DNA of 47,863 nt from Thermoanaerobaculia bacterium (GTDB lineage: Bacteria; Acidobacteriota; Thermoanaerobaculia; Multivoradales; UBA5704): the NCBI GenBank assembly GCA_044226625.1, contig JBGAGQ010000052.1, positions 1 through 47,863 on the forward strand, read 5' to 3'. The translations under genes were made by a program, and so were the position numbers. Of the stretch, positions 46,202 to 47,863 are shown one piece after another (positions within the stretch are counted from its first letter, which is position 1; each line of letters opens with the position of its first letter). The notes under the pieces were generated by a model. That model did not search any database, was not told where the DNA came from, and was given only the letters and a program-made list of their open reading frames with translations.

Positions 46202-47863
46202 ATGATTTCGAGACGTCGCCTCGCCTCCCTCCTGATCCTCGGGTCGCTCGCCACGGTCGCCTTTCCCGCGCTCTCCGCGGCGGCAACCGACGAATTCGAT
46301 CCCCACAAGGCGAAGCTGATCCTGGAGGCCGATAGGACCTCCTACGCACCCGGCGAGAAGGTCCGTCTGATCGCGGCGATCGACGTCGAAGAGGGTTGGC
46401 ACGTCAACAGCAACCAGCCGACGCTCGAGTACCTGATCCCGACCCGGCTGGAGCTCGCGTTGCCGGCCGGTTGGGCGCCCGCCGTGGTGACCTATCCCAC
46501 CCCGAAGATGCAGAAGTTCTCGTTCCAGGAGGAGGCTCTGTCGGTTTTCGACGGGACGACCACGGCGAGAATCGACCTCACCGTCCCCTCCGGGGCGGTC
46601 GAAGGGCCGGCGACGGTTCGGGCGACTCTCTCCTATCAGTCGTGCAACGACCGCCAGTGTCTACCTCCCACCACGGCCGAGGCGACCCTCGACCTGCCGG
46701 TGGGGCCGGAGGGAACGCCCACCGCGGCGGCGGCGAAGCTCGACCCCGGCGCGAGCGGCGCGGCCGCCGGCAAGAAGGCAACGGCCGGCGCGCCCGGTCT
46801 GCTCGGCTTTCTCGCGCTCGGTCTGCTCGGCGGGCTGATCCTTAACGCGATGCCCTGCGTGCTGCCGATCCTCTCGCTCAAGATCTTCGGCCTGGTCCAG
46901 AGCGCCGCGGGGGGGCGGAGCGAGGTCGCGCGCGGCATGCTTGCGACGTCGGCCGGCATCCTGGTCTCGTTCTGGGCCCTCGCCGCGGCGGCGATCGCCG
47001 CCCGCTCGGCGGGCGCCGCCGTCGGCTGGGGGGTGCAGTTCCAGCAGCCGGGCTTCGTCGCCTTCCTCGCAGCGGTGGTCGTGCTCTTCTCCTTGAACCT
47101 CTGGGGCGTCTTCGAGATCCCGCTGCCGGAGCGCCTGGCGCGGCTGGGCGGCGCCGAGGGGCGCGAGGGGACCGCGGGGCACTTCCTCTCCGGCCTGTTC
47201 GCGACCTTGATGGCGACCCCCTGCTCGGCCCCGTTCCTGGGCTCGGCGCTCGGCTTCGCGCTCGCCCAGAGCGCGGGGACCATCGTGCTCACGTTCACCG
47301 CCGTGGCGCTCGGCATGGCGATCCCCTATCTCGCCGTCGCCGCCGTGCCGTCGCTCGCCCGCTTCCTTCCGAAGCCGGGCGCCTGGATGGAGACGCTCAA
47401 GGGCGTCATGGGCTTCCTGCTCGCGGCCTCCGCGGTCTGGCTGTTCTTCGTCCTCTCGTCCCAGGTCTCGCCGCAAGCGCTCTCCCTGGTGCAGCTCGCG
47501 CTGCTCGGGCTCGCGTTGATCGCCTGGCTCGGCAGCCGTGGGCGCCACGGCCGGCTCCGTCCGGCGGCCGGCGCCCTGCTCGTGCTGGCGATCGCCGGGA
47601 CGGTCTGGCTGGCCGGAAGCTCGCGGGGAACGGCGGTCGTCTCCACGGGGCAGCCGGCGCAGAAGCTGATCGCCTGGGTTCCGTTCGACCGCGCGAAGGC
47701 CGAGGCTCTCGCCCAGGACGGGAAGCTCGTGTTCGTCGACGTCACCGCGGACTGGTGCTTCACCTGCAAGGTGAACGAGCACGCGGTGCTCGAGACCGCC
47801 GCGGTCGCCGGGGCGTTCAAAGAGCACGCCGTCGTCGCCATGAAGGCGGACTGGACCAACCGG
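46202..47863 (+). CDS. dsbD: thiol:disulfide interchange protein DsbD family, 3'-truncated
   Basis: Not in the ORF track because no stop falls in the window. Translated by eye: signal peptide, GWHVNS, YQSCNDRQCLPP, LNAMPCVLPILSLK, ATPCSAPFLG, DVTADWCFTCKVNE. Confidence 0.9.
   Translation, partial: MISRRRLASLLILGSLATVAFPALSAAATDEFDPHKAKLILEADRTSYAPGEKVRLIAAIDVEEGWHVNSNQPTLEYLIPTRLELALPAGWAPAVVTYPTPKMQKFSFQEEALSVFDGTTTARIDLTVPSGAVEGPATVRATLSYQSCNDRQCLPPTTAEATLDLPVGPEGTPTAAAAKLDPGASGAAAGKKATAGAPGLLGFLALGLLGGLILNAMPCVLPILSLKIFGLVQSAAGGRSEVARGMLATSAGILVSFWALAAAAIAARSAGAAVGWGVQFQQPGFVAFLAAVVVLFSLNLWGVFEIPLPERLARLGGAEGREGTAGHFLSGLFATLMATPCSAPFLGSALGFALAQSAGTIVLTFTAVALGMAIPYLAVAAVPSLARFLPKPGAWMETLKGVMGFLLAASAVWLFFVLSSQVSPQALSLVQLALLGLALIAWLGSRGRHGRLRPAAGALLVLAIAGTVWLAGSSRGTAVVSTGQPAQKLIAWVPFDRAKAEALAQDGKLVFVDVTADWCFTCKVNEHAVLETAAVAGAFKEHAVVAMKADWTNR

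Noticed and set aside
46661-47859. Minus-strand ORFs at the window end
   Set aside because: The plus strand encodes a clear DsbD that the track missed because it has no stop in the window.
1-47863. tRNA, rRNA, integrase or prophage genes
   Set aside because: None recognised by eye; a tRNAscan/Rfam run would be needed to exclude small RNAs.

Overview
High-GC (visibly about 70%) bacterial DNA, probably Acidobacteriota (inferred from the ADOP-type permease, an IPTL-CTERM-like anchor and the GC level). 1-10.9 kb holds the 3' end of an NRPS cluster: a terminal Cy-A(Cys)-T-TE module whose Cy domain has degenerate catalytic motifs, a coupled SDR, two exporters and a Tat-exported vanadium haloperoxidase-like gene. 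10.9-18.2 kb is housekeeping-type: GspE/PilB ATPase, DMT transporter, cytochrome b plus Mo-oxidoreductase, uvrA. 18.2-25.7 kb is an accessory island starting at the uvrA 3' end. It contains decayed DNA (DUF4143 remnant, 20-bp palindromic tandem array, a diverged second uvrA fragment, an IS1182-like remnant) and an intact signalling cassette: a membrane Ser/Thr kinase-TPR, an FHA-like sigma-54 activator with two HTHs, and two small low-GC genes each behind a -24/-12 promoter, one of them a divergent avidin-fold protein. 25.8-30.3 kb encodes a surface 5-heme cytochrome and a split, miniaturised copper-amine-oxidase-like system with an FG-GAP partner. The rest carries a peroxiredoxin, an EndoU lipoprotein/YacL-like pair, TfoX, REP-like repeats, glnA, pepF, a Vps10-type protein, a tandem XRE regulator, sbnA-sbnB-serA, DUF3326, a MITE-like element and a truncated dsbD. 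The best candidates for an undescribed system are the kinase/sigma-54/avidin cassette and the split amine-oxidase operon. All family calls come from motif recognition by eye; no searches were run.
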